IMG/VR virus record: IMGVR_UViG_3300012894_000001
Coordinates: 1-59,213 of that record
DNA from: a virus
Lineage: Duplodnaviria > Caudoviricetes
Length of the DNA: 59,213 bases
Strand: one strand, 5' to 3'
In this document: positions 1 to 8,712 of the stretch, piece by piece
Numbering within the stretch: position 1 is the first letter of the stretch
How the letters are laid out: every line of letters begins with the position of its first letter
Notes under the pieces: generated by a model
The model's input: only the letters and a program-made list of their open reading frames with translations
Told to the model about the DNA's origin: nothing
The model's database searches: none
Made by a program: the position numbers and the translations under genes

Positions 1-123
1 CCGGGCGGCGCGGCGCTGGTCACGGTCAAGGGTGCTTCTCTTCGCTTTCTTCTGTCGCATGTCGTACCTCTCGAATGAAGGGGCGGGTTGCTTGATGGTT
101 GGTTGATATAAGGTGCTTCGGCC
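1..123. repeat. Terminal direct repeat, copy 1 (circular contig overlap)
   Basis: Bases 1-123 are identical to 59091-59213. Confidence 0.97.
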
Positions 124-309
124 CTCTCTGGGAGGGCTTGTCTTGTCTTTCGCGTGTTGTCATGCGCCTCGCCGCTGTGGCGCCTTCGGTCCCCCGCACC
201 GGGTTGGGTGCAGTGCTTTGGCGTCCTGGGCATCGTGCTGTTGTGCAGTGGCTCTTTGATGCTGCTGGACCGTCAGACGACGGCGAGCCCCAGCAGCCGC
301 GCGGTGGGG

Positions 310-705
310 CTACTGGGGCAGGGGTGCAGGCGGGAGGATGCTCAGGTCAATCGGCTTGAGCCATCCTTCCCGGCCGCGCAGGATCACGCCGACTCGCCCG
401 TGGGGTTTCGGGTTGAAGTCCCCACATTTGACGAGGCCCTCCCACTTGCACAGCGCCTCCACCAGCTCCTCAGCTCCGCACGCCTCGTCTGTCCAGGCCA
501 CGGCAATCAGGTCAATGTCGCGGTGCAAGCTGCCGTGCACGGCCAGGGCGTAGCCGTGGAAGTAGGCCCGTTGGATGAGTGGCGCGAGTGGTGGGCTGGG
601 CGGCGTGACGAGGTCGATGCCGCCCTCCCGGTCTGCCTGGTGCAGGAGTGAGGCGAGTCGCAGGTGCGCGTGGCCCGGCTGCTTGATGCTCTCCACCCCG
701 CTCAC
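310..705 (-). CDS. Phage hypothetical protein with nucleotidyltransferase-like motif
   Basis: HGSLHRDIDLIAV resembles the hGS..DhD motif of the Pol-beta NTase superfamily with short spacing; lies in the cro operon. Confidence 0.55.
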   Translation of the reverse strand: MSGVESIKQPGHAHLRLASLLHQADREGGIDLVTPPSPPLAPLIQRAYFHGYALAVHGSLHRDIDLIAVAWTDEACGAEELVEALCKWEGLVKCGDFNPKPHGRVGVILRGREGWLKPIDLSILPPAPLPQ

Positions 706-774
706 GCCAGCGCCTCGGCGGGCAGCGCGGGCAGGGGCTGGGAGGGCTGATAGGCTGAGACCTGGAGGTAAGAC

Positions 775-1014
775 ATGGAAGAATCAAGAGAAGCGGCAGC
801 GCTGAAGATTGCCGAGGGGCTGGTCCGGGGGGCCTTCCCACTCATTGAGGTTGAAGAACTCGCGCAGATGGGCGGAGGCTCAAGGAAGCGCGAGGTACTT
901 GGCACGTTCTGGACAGGCGTTGACCGATCAAACGAAGCCTCTGTCAAGGCGAGGCTGCACGAGATGGCCGATCTCATCGCTGAGTTGAAGCGGCGCCTGC
1001 TGACTGAGGGGTGA
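775..1014 (+). CDS. Hypothetical protein antisense to the cro operon
   Basis: GGAGGT Shine-Dalgarno 5 nt before ATG; helical, protein-like composition. Confidence 0.55.
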   Translation: MEESREAAALKIAEGLVRGAFPLIEVEELAQMGGGSRKREVLGTFWTGVDRSNEASVKARLHEMADLIAELKRRLLTEG

Positions 1015-1195
1015 AGAACTCCGACTGAGCAGCCCGCACCTGCTGCGCTGTCCCAACGAACACCGCCGTCCGCCATGGCAATGGCATTCCGCCGCCATCA
1101 TGAAACTCCTGAATCGTCACCGTCACCACGGCCTGCCCGGTTGCACCCGGTCGGGCCGATCTCACTGCTGCCAGCACGCGCTTGAGTAGGGTCAT
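974..1195 (-). CDS. Hypothetical protein
   Basis: ATGA overlap with the upstream GIY-YIG gene; GGAGG SD. Confidence 0.5.
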   Translation of the reverse strand: MTLLKRVLAAVRSARPGATGQAVVTVTIQEFHDGGGMPLPWRTAVFVGTAQQVRAAQSEFFTPQSAGAASTQR

Positions 1196-1833
1196 CTCGT
1201 TGCCTCCTGTGGCATGGCGCCCGCTCCCGCCGAAGCACCGGCAGAAGCAGGGAGAGGGGCGGAAAGGGCTTTCTCGTATTCGTCCTGATCCAGCAATACG
1301 ACGGGCTTTACTCCGACGCCTTCAGCGAACCGGCGGAGCTGTCGAACGCTCATGCCTTCACTCTTCTCGCCGCTGGTCTCTATCTCGCTGATATAAGACT
1401 GGGCGACCCCAATCAATTCGGCCAGCTGCCATTGAGACATGCCCCGCGCCATACGCAAGGCACAAATCCGGCCTCCGACGTGATTGGTGCTCGGCACTCC
1501 GGAACGGTTTGAGCGCCCGATTGCCCCTCTGACAATGGGGTTGGTGTTGTATCCTCGCTCGCCGTGGGCTTCCAGATAATCCGCCCACTGGCGCTCCAGC
1601 TTCTCAAGTTCGCGGGCGTCAGGCGTCCGTTGAAGCACCCTGATACGGAAGGCGTCCGGGCCGTACTCCTCAACATCCCGCTTCAGGCGCTCCGGCAAAG
1701 AATAGGCGACAGTCCTGATTCGAGAGGCGTGCTGGTTGATCCGCTTGTTCAGCGTGGCGGAACTGCCCACGTAGACCCGTCCATTGAGGGTGTTTTCAAT
1801 GACGTAGATACCCATGTCTGGAACTCGGGTCAT
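1192..1833 (-). CDS. GIY-YIG endonuclease domain fused to a C-terminal XRE helix-turn-helix
   Basis: GIYVIENTLNGRVYVGSS..RINQH..E..GYN is the GIY-YIG signature; LRMARGMSQWQLAELIGVAQSYISEIE is an XRE HTH; start at ATG 1833 overlaps the cro stop. Confidence 0.85.
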   Translation of the reverse strand: MTRVPDMGIYVIENTLNGRVYVGSSATLNKRINQHASRIRTVAYSLPERLKRDVEEYGPDAFRIRVLQRTPDARELEKLERQWADYLEAHGERGYNTNPIVRGAIGRSNRSGVPSTNHVGGRICALRMARGMSQWQLAELIGVAQSYISEIETSGEKSEGMSVRQLRRFAEGVGVKPVVLLDQDEYEKALSAPLPASAGASAGAGAMPQEATR

Positions 1834-2105
1834 GCGGGCATCCTTTCCTGCTCGCGCTCGGGGTGAGTAGGCGCAGGATCTCCGAACACCATCCGGAAGG
1901 CTGCCTCGTCTGTCAGGACGGTTAAGCTCACGTCCAGGGCGGCGGCAATGCGGCGCAGCAGGCCGAGCGTGAGTTTGTCTGCGTGCTTGTAGCCAGTTTC
2001 GATGTGGTTCTGATAGCCCTGCGTGAAGCCCAGGCGCTGTGCGAGCTGCTGTTGAGTCAGCCCGCGCTGCTGCCGGATGGCGCTGATGAGCCTGCCTGTC
2101 TCCAT
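1830..2105 (-). CDS. Cro-like XRE transcriptional regulator
   Basis: IRQQRGLTQQQLAQRLGFTQGYQNHIETG HTH; divergent from the CI-like gene. Confidence 0.85.
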   Translation of the reverse strand: METGRLISAIRQQRGLTQQQLAQRLGFTQGYQNHIETGYKHADKLTLGLLRRIAAALDVSLTVLTDEAAFRMVFGDPAPTHPEREQERMPA

Positions 2106-2250
2106 GAATATATATTACCAATAAGTATTGCAGATGGCAAGAGGAGTATGGTATTACTAATTAGGCGTGAGTGATTGTCGCTCGCCCAGAGGCGTCTTAG
2201 CCTGAATTATGCATTACTACGCGATATTTTCCCGTTACCTACTACGATCC
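2106..2250. promoter_or_regulatory. Lysis/lysogeny switch: leaderless cro promoter and repeated operator-like sites
   Basis: Minus strand TTGCCA-N17-TAATAT-N6-ATG; imperfect ATTAC-N6-GTAAT-type palindromes at 2114-2129, 2153-2168, 2213-2228 and 2234-2249. Confidence 0.7.
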
Positions 2251-2333
2251 GCCGGAGGACCACCACGATGCTCGGAAGCCACTTTATCCCCACTCCACGC
2301 TCACCCTTTCCGGCTGAGATGGTAGAGCGCACC

Positions 2334-3077
2334 ATGCCTAAGGAAGGAAGCCGTCGGGGGCGGGGTGGGCCGTTCGAGAAGGCTGGCAGCGTCATCAAAA
2401 CCTTCCGGCAGCAACTCAAGTGGACTCAGGAGGATCTCGCCGCTGCCTATGGCAGCACCCAAGGCTACATCTCCAGCATTGAGCGCGGCTGGCAGCCGAT
2501 TACCACCGCCAGCGCCGAATGGTATGAGCGCATGGCCGAGGCTCTCAAGATTGATGTGCAAGAGTTGATGCGGGCGCTTGAAGTTGATTTCGTGATCGCC
2601 CGTGATCCTAATTCGAGCGCACCAGAGCCAATTGAAGGCGTTTCTGAGAATTTGTCTATTGCCAACTTAGACACTATTCGTTATGTTAGATTCATAACAA
2701 ACGCCGTACAGATCGGAGGCACTGGGGATGACGCTCTGACAGATAACGTTGAATTCTTTATCCCGCTCACGCTCGCTCAACAACGCTCCCCCTACCTCAG
2801 AATTGGGATTGTCGGACGCAGTCATGTGGATGCCGTACCCAATAACGTCAAGGTTCTCTTTGATGTAGAGCTCACTCCGGATGAAGGAAGCACCGTTGTT
2901 TTTACAGTCGGCAAGGATTGGTACCTTGGGTATTATTCAGAACCCGATAAGTGTATTGTCACCGACCGACCGATTTCGGATAACCATGCCCGTCGCCTGC
3001 CGCTTGCTAGCGTCCATTTTGAAGGAGTCGTTGAGAGCTATCAGCCTGTACGCCGTCCCAGTCGCCCAAAAAACTGA
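2334..3077 (+). CDS. CI-like repressor (XRE HTH plus degenerate S24-like C-terminal domain)
   Basis: FRQQLKWTQEDLAAAYGSTQGYISSIERG HTH; beta-rich C-terminus; divergent from cro; start codon uncertain (2319 or 2334). Confidence 0.8.
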   Translation: MPKEGSRRGRGGPFEKAGSVIKTFRQQLKWTQEDLAAAYGSTQGYISSIERGWQPITTASAEWYERMAEALKIDVQELMRALEVDFVIARDPNSSAPEPIEGVSENLSIANLDTIRYVRFITNAVQIGGTGDDALTDNVEFFIPLTLAQQRSPYLRIGIVGRSHVDAVPNNVKVLFDVELTPDEGSTVVFTVGKDWYLGYYSEPDKCIVTDRPISDNHARRLPLASVHFEGVVESYQPVRRPSRPKN

Positions 3078-3090
3078 ATCCCCTTTCAAT

Positions 3091-3123
3091 AGAGCCCCGC
3101 CCTAATTTCTTGAGCGGGGCTTT
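3091..3123 (+). terminator. Intrinsic terminator after the repressor gene
   Basis: AGCCCCGC...GCGGGGCT stem followed by T residues. Confidence 0.6.
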
Positions 3124-3129
3124 AACCTC

Positions 3130-3158
3130 TTGCATTTATTACTTACTACTATTATTAT
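3130..3158 (+). promoter_or_regulatory. Early (pL-like) promoter with operator in the spacer
   Basis: TTGCAT-N17-TATTAT; ATTACTTACTACTATT (3138-3153) resembles the switch-region sites. Confidence 0.7.
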
Positions 3159-3238
3159 ATAGATACCCCAAAAGGGAACCCCCGACCACTCAGCGGACAG
3201 CAGAGCGTGAATCGGGGGCAGCGACCAAGGAGTCACTA

Positions 3239-3610
3239 ATGAACAGCGTAACCCACTCCATCCCCGCCCACAACCCCACCCCCGCGCCCGCCACGGCATC
3301 GGCCCGTGACTTCTACGCCCCGCGCTCGGCGCTGGAATCCGCCGCGGCGAAGATCACGACCGACCGGGACACCTACTACGCCGACTGCATGTGCTTCAGC
3401 GGCCCGAACACGAAGACCTCGAAGCACAGCGTGGTCATCCGCCGAGCGAGCGACCGCGCCATCGCCCCGGCCACCAACACCCTGATCGTCAAGAGCACCG
3501 GCTACAGCAGCGTGGCCAACGTCGGCAGCTGGGACACCTACAAGGACGCCGTGCAGGCCCTGCTGGAACGCGGCGTGCAGTGGTTCGAGAGCAAGGAGCG
3601 TGTGGCATGA
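3239..3610 (+). CDS. Hypothetical protein, first gene of the early operon
   Basis: AAGGAG SD before ATG 3239; strong GC3 codon bias. Confidence 0.75.
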   Translation: MNSVTHSIPAHNPTPAPATASARDFYAPRSALESAAAKITTDRDTYYADCMCFSGPNTKTSKHSVVIRRASDRAIAPATNTLIVKSTGYSSVANVGSWDTYKDAVQALLERGVQWFESKERVA

Positions 3611-3993
3611 GCGAAGAGAGGAAGGCTACCGAGAACGTAGACGCCATCTACGATGCGCACGTTATCTACTGGGATGTGCTGAACGAGCGCCTCCGGCAGA
3701 TCAGCCAGGAGGGCTGGACGCCCGAGCACGACGACGCCCACACCGGCGGGGAGCTGGCGCTGGCCGGGGCGTACTACGCCAACGTGACGGCCCGTGCGAC
3801 GCCCACGACGGAATGGCCGTGGGACCTGAGCTGGTACAAGCCGACGAACAAGCGGCGCGACCTGGTGAAGGCCGCCGCGCTGATCATCGCAGAGATTGAG
3901 CGCCTGGACCGGGCAGTTGAGGCCGATCTCATTGCCCTGCGCGGACAGGCGGCGGCAGCGGAAACCTTCAACGCGGACGGGGTAGACCTGTGA
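3607..3993 (+). CDS. Conserved phage hypothetical protein
   Basis: ERxRQ..EGWTPEHDD..GELA..WPW..WYKP..RRDLVKAAALIIAEIERLDR is a motif I recognise from many phages; ATGA overlap. Confidence 0.8.
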   Translation: MSEERKATENVDAIYDAHVIYWDVLNERLRQISQEGWTPEHDDAHTGGELALAGAYYANVTARATPTTEWPWDLSWYKPTNKRRDLVKAAALIIAEIERLDRAVEADLIALRGQAAAAETFNADGVDL

Positions 3994-4205
3994 CTGCCGC
4001 CGAGCTGGCCCCGCTCTCTCTCCCCACCTTCCGCCTGGAGCAGCGCGTGAAGATCACCGGCCCGGACGACACCGGCTGCTGCGAGCGCGTGGGCCAGGAG
4101 GGCGTGGTGGCGTTTGCGACGCCCGGGGACGACTGGGTCGTGGACTTCGGCGACATGCAGTGGGGCTGGTACGCGGGGAAGAACCTGCAGGGGGTAGAGG
4201 CGTGA
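3990..4205 (+). CDS. Small SH3/KOW-like hypothetical protein
   Basis: GTGA coupling; FRLEQRVKI..GQEGVV pattern. Confidence 0.65.
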   Translation: MTAAELAPLSLPTFRLEQRVKITGPDDTGCCERVGQEGVVAFATPGDDWVVDFGDMQWGWYAGKNLQGVEA

Positions 4206-4573
4206 TGACTCCGGAAGTGAAGGCGCAGTGGCTGGCCGATCTGCGAAGCGGTGAGTTTGAGCAGGGCAGAGGCGTGATGCGCAGCCCTGAGGGCCAGTTC
4301 TGCTGCATGGGCGTGCTGTGCGACCAGTACGCCCGCACCCACGGTGAGGACTGGGGTCCGGTCACCACCATCTATGGCGCTGAGGGCTACAGATTTGATG
4401 GGGAAGTTACCTTCCCTCCCGAAAAGGTGGTTGATTGGGCCGGCCTGGAATACTTCGACCCGAACGTTCTCCACCCTGACGGGATACAGGGAACCGTCTG
4501 CATTTCAACGCTGAACGATCATGACGACCTGACGTTCGCCCAGATCGCCGACCTGATCGAGGCCCAGCTGTGA
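4205..4573 (+). CDS. Conserved phage hypothetical protein
   Basis: WLADLRSGEFEQGRG..FCCMGVLCD..LND..TFAQIADLIE, a widespread phage family. Confidence 0.8.
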   Translation: MTPEVKAQWLADLRSGEFEQGRGVMRSPEGQFCCMGVLCDQYARTHGEDWGPVTTIYGAEGYRFDGEVTFPPEKVVDWAGLEYFDPNVLHPDGIQGTVCISTLNDHDDLTFAQIADLIEAQL

Positions 4574-4878
4574 GCGCCACCCGGATGACCTGCGAGGGCT
4601 GCGGCGAGCGCTTGACGATGGGCGACGGCGAGACCCAGTGCACGGGGTGCGAGACGAAGTGCAAGGCGGTCAACCCGGAGATTGTCCGGCTGATCCAGCA
4701 GGAGGGCGTCGAGTTGCGCATTTCCGGCCATCTTCGCAGCGGCTTCAATGCCGGCCTCAACACCAACTGCGGCAGCAGCTCCGTCTGGTTGGCCGAGTCG
4801 GACTGGTTCCCGACCATTCAGGAGGCTGTGCAGGCCGTGCTGACCGACCAGAGCATCCAGCCCGAGGTGGACGCATGA
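4570..4878 (+). CDS. Zn-ribbon hypothetical protein
   Basis: Two CxxC pairs; translationally coupled to neighbours. Confidence 0.65.
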   Translation: MSATRMTCEGCGERLTMGDGETQCTGCETKCKAVNPEIVRLIQQEGVELRISGHLRSGFNAGLNTNCGSSSVWLAESDWFPTIQEAVQAVLTDQSIQPEVDA

Positions 4879-5123
4879 CTTCCCGCTCCAGAGGCTCCAC
4901 CCGCATCATCACCGGCTGCATCCTCTTCATCGGCTTCGCAGGCAATGCGAACAACAGCCCTCTGACGCCCCAGATCCTCCTTGCCCTGGCCCTCTCGGCC
5001 CTCCTCGCCGTCTGGGGAGCCGCCAGGAACCAGCATGGGCCGCTGCTGGCGCGAGCAAAAGGGTGGGCTGGAAGAGGGGTACGGGCCAGACGGCAGGTGC
5101 TGTACCGCAGGGCAAGCTCGTGA
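4875..5123 (+). CDS. Small membrane protein
   Basis: GAGGTGG SD, ATGA overlap, two hydrophobic segments. Confidence 0.6.
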   Translation: MTSRSRGSTRIITGCILFIGFAGNANNSPLTPQILLALALSALLAVWGAARNQHGPLLARAKGWAGRGVRARRQVLYRRASS

Positions 5124-5302
5124 GCCGGGCGGAGGGGTATCTGCGGGACCGGCTGATCGACGCGCCGCTGTCGGAGAGCTGCCCGGATCGGCACCGCTGC
5201 GAGCCGAACACCTGCGACTGCGAGGTCATCCCAGCGAGAGAGCCGTACGTGTTCACGCTGGCGGAGCTGGAGATCCTGGCCGCCTACAAAACCCAGAACT
5301 AG
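5120..5302 (+). CDS. Small Cys-containing hypothetical protein
   Basis: GTGA overlap with the previous gene. Confidence 0.5.
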   Translation: MSRAEGYLRDRLIDAPLSESCPDRHRCEPNTCDCEVIPAREPYVFTLAELEILAAYKTQN

Positions 5303-5362
5303 CACCTGCAGGCCCGTCGACGGATTGAACATCTGGCCCTCTCGCACGCACAGGAGTCCACC

Positions 5363-6559
5363 ATGACCGCAATCGCACGCACCACCAAAGCTGCTGCCCT
5401 GCCCCAGTCGCCCGCCTCGTTCGTCCCTGGGCCCACCTTCAAGCGTGCGCTGGCCCTGGCCGGCCTGGTCGCCCCGACGCGCAGCAGCAATCCGCTCCTC
5501 CCCGCCCTGAGCTTGCACAGCCTGGACGGTGCCCTGACCGTCAGCTGCACCAACCTGGAGATGATCCTCCACCAGCAGGTGACTGCGGCCGATCTCCCGG
5601 ACTTCCATGTGATGGCGAACGCGCAGAAGCTGCGTCAGGCCTCGGCCTTCATGGCTGAGAGCACCGTGCCCCTCAGTGTGGACGGCAAGCAGCTGCGAAT
5701 CGGTCTCGAAGAGGACGGGTCGGTGATGACGCTCGAAACCCGGCCCGGCGAGGAGTTACGGATCTTCGAACGGATGGGCCTGAACGACACGCCCGCCTAC
5801 ACCCACCGCGTCCCGGCCGCCGAGCTGCGCAACGCCCTGCGAGCGGTCTCGTACGCTGCCTCCAACGAGGCCTTCCAGGCCGTGTTCCGGGGAATCGCCC
5901 TGAAGCAGCGGAACGGCGGGTACGAGGTGGTGGCCTCGGACGGCTTCCGCGCGGCCATCTACACGGTCAGTGCACCCCTGCCAGACGCCATCATCCCGAA
6001 GCGTGTCGCCCAGGTGATCGCCGAACTGCTGAAAGGCGCCAAAGCGGGCGACGAGGTCGAACTGGCCGTGGTCGAGGCAGGCAAGGTGAACGAGGGCGCG
6101 GCGTGGCTGGCCGTTCGAACCGGCGGGGTGCAGCTGTACTTCCGCTGCATGGACGGCACCTTCCCGGACTATGGCCGGGTCATCGAGAGCGACACCGCGA
6201 AGTGGATCAACGCCACCTGGAGTCGTGAAGGCATGTTGCGCCGTCTGAAGATGCTGCGCCTGACCGCTGACCACAACAGCAACCACCGGATCGAGTTCAG
6301 CTACCGCGGCGACCGCCTGAGCCTGAAGGCCGAGGGCGACGACGGCAGCATGCAGGCCACCCTGCCCCTGGAAGCCCCTGTGGCACGCACGAAGGACGGC
6401 GCCGACACGGCCTTCAACGCCCTGTACCTGATGGACGCCCTGGGCAACACGGCCGCCGAGCACACGCTGATTCGCGCCTCCCACGAACCGAAGCCCAACG
6501 GCCGCGTCCAGATCAGCGCCGGGCCTTACCTGGCCATCGTGGTGGCGTTCCGTGTCTGA
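5363..6559 (+). CDS. dnaN: DNA polymerase III beta sliding clamp homologue
   Basis: RSSNPLL, CTNLEM, YAASNEAFQAVFRGI, VVASDGFR, DGTFPDYGRVI and AFNALYLMDAL are beta-clamp motifs; 398 aa. Confidence 0.92.
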   Translation: MTAIARTTKAAALPQSPASFVPGPTFKRALALAGLVAPTRSSNPLLPALSLHSLDGALTVSCTNLEMILHQQVTAADLPDFHVMANAQKLRQASAFMAESTVPLSVDGKQLRIGLEEDGSVMTLETRPGEELRIFERMGLNDTPAYTHRVPAAELRNALRAVSYAASNEAFQAVFRGIALKQRNGGYEVVASDGFRAAIYTVSAPLPDAIIPKRVAQVIAELLKGAKAGDEVELAVVEAGKVNEGAAWLAVRTGGVQLYFRCMDGTFPDYGRVIESDTAKWINATWSREGMLRRLKMLRLTADHNSNHRIEFSYRGDRLSLKAEGDDGSMQATLPLEAPVARTKDGADTAFNALYLMDALGNTAAEHTLIRASHEPKPNGRVQISAGPYLAIVVAFRV

Positions 6560-6803
6560 GGTCGCCCCCACACCGCCCGCCCTCACCCCCCGCGAGTCTG
6601 ACATCCTGCCGCTCCTCGCCGACCGCCTGAGCAACAAGGAGATCGCCAGACGCCTGACCATCTCCCCATACACGGTGAAGGACCACTTGGGCCGCCTGTA
6701 CCTCAAGCTGGCCGCACACGACCGCCATCACGCCGTCCTCCAGGCCCGTGCCCTGGGCCTCCTGCCCGCGCTGGCTGGGGCCGGAGCTGGGAGGGAAGGA
6801 TGA
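6552..6803 (+). CDS. Stand-alone LuxR/GerE HTH regulator
   Basis: LTPRESDILPLLADRLSNKEIARRLTISPYTVKDHLGRLYLKL. Confidence 0.9.
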   Translation: MSEVAPTPPALTPRESDILPLLADRLSNKEIARRLTISPYTVKDHLGRLYLKLAAHDRHHAVLQARALGLLPALAGAGAGREG

Positions 6804-7402
6804 CGGCATGGACGCACAGTGACCTTGTCCGCATCGCCCGAGCATGGCTGTTCCGGCATGGTCACGGCGTGGTGTTCTCCGAGTTCCAATACATGGGCCA
6901 CGACGAGTTCCCGGACGGGCTGGGCTTCCGGCCCTTCCTTGACTACACAGTTTTGATCGAGTGCAAGGCGAGTCGCAGCGACTTCCTGGCCGACGCTAAA
7001 AAACCCTTCCGGCTCAACCCTGAGCACGGTATGGGTGACTTCAGGTGGTACATGGCCCCCGCTGGTCTTATCCGCCCCGATGAACTCCCGGAGCACTGGG
7101 GCCTGCTGGAAGTGCAGCCGAACGGACGGGTCTGCAAGACGGTCTGCCTCGCCTACATCCAGAAGACGAACACCGAGAACTGGCGTGATCTGCATGCACG
7201 ACGGGATGTCCAGCAATTTCAGAAGAACGCTCTGGCAGAGCAGCGCCTGATGTATGCCGCCGCCCGCCGCCTCACCGTTCGGGAATGCTGGGACATCCTG
7301 GGCACCCCAGAAGGTCAGCGGGTCACATGGCAAGCTGCCCACCCCGCCCAGGCCCCGGCCGCAGCCAGAGCAGGAGCGCCAGTACGCGCACAGGAGGGAT
7401 GA
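6800..7402 (+). CDS. MmcB-like PD-(D/E)xK nuclease-fold protein
   Basis: PDGLG..LIECKASRSDFLAD.KK..ELPEHWGLL. Confidence 0.75.
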   Translation: MTAWTHSDLVRIARAWLFRHGHGVVFSEFQYMGHDEFPDGLGFRPFLDYTVLIECKASRSDFLADAKKPFRLNPEHGMGDFRWYMAPAGLIRPDELPEHWGLLEVQPNGRVCKTVCLAYIQKTNTENWRDLHARRDVQQFQKNALAEQRLMYAAARRLTVRECWDILGTPEGQRVTWQAAHPAQAPAAARAGAPVRAQEG

Positions 7403-7403
7403 G

Positions 7404-8300
7404 ATGAAGGCAGTTGTGATGGTATCCGGTGGCCTCGCCTCCTGGGCCACGGCCAAGCTCGCCAGCAAGAAGTACGAGCAAGTCGCCTATTTGTTCAACG
7501 ATGTTTTGGTCGAAGATGCCGACCTCTACCGGTTCCTGCTCGAAGGTATGGCGAACGTGCTGGGCGTTCCTGCGCCCACCGACCTGATGCGCCGCGCGCT
7601 GGCCCTGCCAGACGTGGACAGTGACGCCAATGTGGAGATCCGCCGTGCCGAGCTGGCCAAGATTCGCGCCGAGGCGATGCAGCGTCTACCCGGCTTTACT
7701 TGGCTGGCCGATGGTCGCACCCCGTTTGAGGCGTGGCATGACCACCGCTTCATCGGGAACAGCCGACTCGCACACTGCAGCATCGAGCTGAAGGCGGCCG
7801 TGGGTGACGCCTGGGTGGACGCGAACTGCGACGCCGAGACCGTTCAGGAGTTCGGAATGTACTGGGACGAGGGTGGACGCATCGAGAAACTGCGGCGCCT
7901 CAAGAGGCGCCGCATCGGAGACCTGCTCTTCCAGTCCGGGTTGACCCACAGCGACATCGCCGCCTGGGCGAAGTGCGAGGGCATCCCGATCAGCCGCAGC
8001 TACCTCTACGGGTACAGCCACGACAACTGCAGTGGGCTCTGCTGCCGCAGTAAGCCGTGGCGGGCGTGGTGGATTCACGAGACCTCCGAGTCGTTCGTGG
8101 CCCGCACCTGGGTCGAGGCAATCGGCTGCTTGTTCGGCATGGTCGGCAACAGCTTTGAGGATGACGAGATACAGAGCGGCGAGCTGGACCTGCACGCTAA
8201 CACCGTCACCGACGAGGACGGGCGCACGCTGACGCTGGCCGAGTGGATTGCTGAGATTGAGCCCACGGAGCCGTTCCAGCTGGGGACGAGCTATGTCTGA
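7404..8300 (+). CDS. PAPS-reductase/PP-loop-like protein, apparently truncated and fused to an unrelated C-terminus
   Basis: VMVSGGLASW, EDADLYRFL, CSIELK and YLYGYSHDNC..C motifs, then an abrupt change to an acidic tail. Confidence 0.7.
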   Translation: MKAVVMVSGGLASWATAKLASKKYEQVAYLFNDVLVEDADLYRFLLEGMANVLGVPAPTDLMRRALALPDVDSDANVEIRRAELAKIRAEAMQRLPGFTWLADGRTPFEAWHDHRFIGNSRLAHCSIELKAAVGDAWVDANCDAETVQEFGMYWDEGGRIEKLRRLKRRRIGDLLFQSGLTHSDIAAWAKCEGIPISRSYLYGYSHDNCSGLCCRSKPWRAWWIHETSESFVARTWVEAIGCLFGMVGNSFEDDEIQSGELDLHANTVTDEDGRTLTLAEWIAEIEPTEPFQLGTSYV

Positions 8301-8700
8301 GTCGATTGCCGCGCCCGCCCCGGCCTTGTCTGACGCTGAGGCAGCAATAGAAATCCTGACCGAGTTGTTAGATCGATTTGAGGTCAAGCATCGGCTGGGC
8401 AAACGGACACTCGCTCAGCTGCTCATTTCGCGTGGCGTCCGGCTCGATGCCCGCCTCCTCGCTCAGCAGCCTGCCGCCCAGGCCCCGGCTGAGGCGTTGG
8501 CAGAGGAGATTGCCGCCCTCACAGCCGAGTACAACACCTTGCCGATTGTGGATAACGGCCTGTGGTACCCGCTCGGGAATCTGATCGAACTGCTGGAGAA
8601 GCAGGCCAGTGTCGCGCGTGGTGTTGAGTTGTGGCGAGGTGATGTTGCTAAGCGGCGCGCTGCTCTGACCGCCGCCGAAGCTGGGGAGGCGGGGTCTTGA
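8293..8700 (+). CDS. Hypothetical modular protein
   Basis: Overlaps the previous stop; contains boundary repeats A and B. Confidence 0.65.
   Translation: MSESIAAPAPALSDAEAAIEILTELLDRFEVKHRLGKRTLAQLLISRGVRLDARLLAQQPAAQAPAEALAEEIAALTAEYNTLPIVDNGLWYPLGNLIELLEKQASVARGVELWRGDVAKRRAALTAAEAGEAGS
8451..8495 (+). repeat. Boundary repeat A, copy 1 (copy 2 at 10412-10462)
   Basis: CCGCCTCCTCGCTCAGCAGCCTGCCGCCCAGGCCC is identical in both copies; copy 2 has an extra AGGCCC before CGGCTGAGGC. Confidence 0.9.
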
Positions 8701-8712
8701 GCGGGTTGGGGG
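8656..8712 (+). repeat. Boundary repeat B, copy 1 (copy 2 at 10869-10927)
   Basis: CGCGCTGCTCTG(A/G)CCGCCGCCGAAGC(T/C)GGG, then similar sequence through the start of the next gene (MSGLG in both). Confidence 0.85.

Noticed and set aside
1-123. 123-bp terminal repeat as a biological virion end (DTR)
   Set aside because: It cuts through a small ORF in an early operon far from the terminase genes and is most simply an assembler overlap of a circular contig.
2207-2223. Possible Deinococcus RDRM (DdrO) box near the switch, and another at 31286-31302
   Set aside because: Only the left half-site resembles the motif as I recall it; the right half is out of register or mismatched. A PWM scan would be needed.
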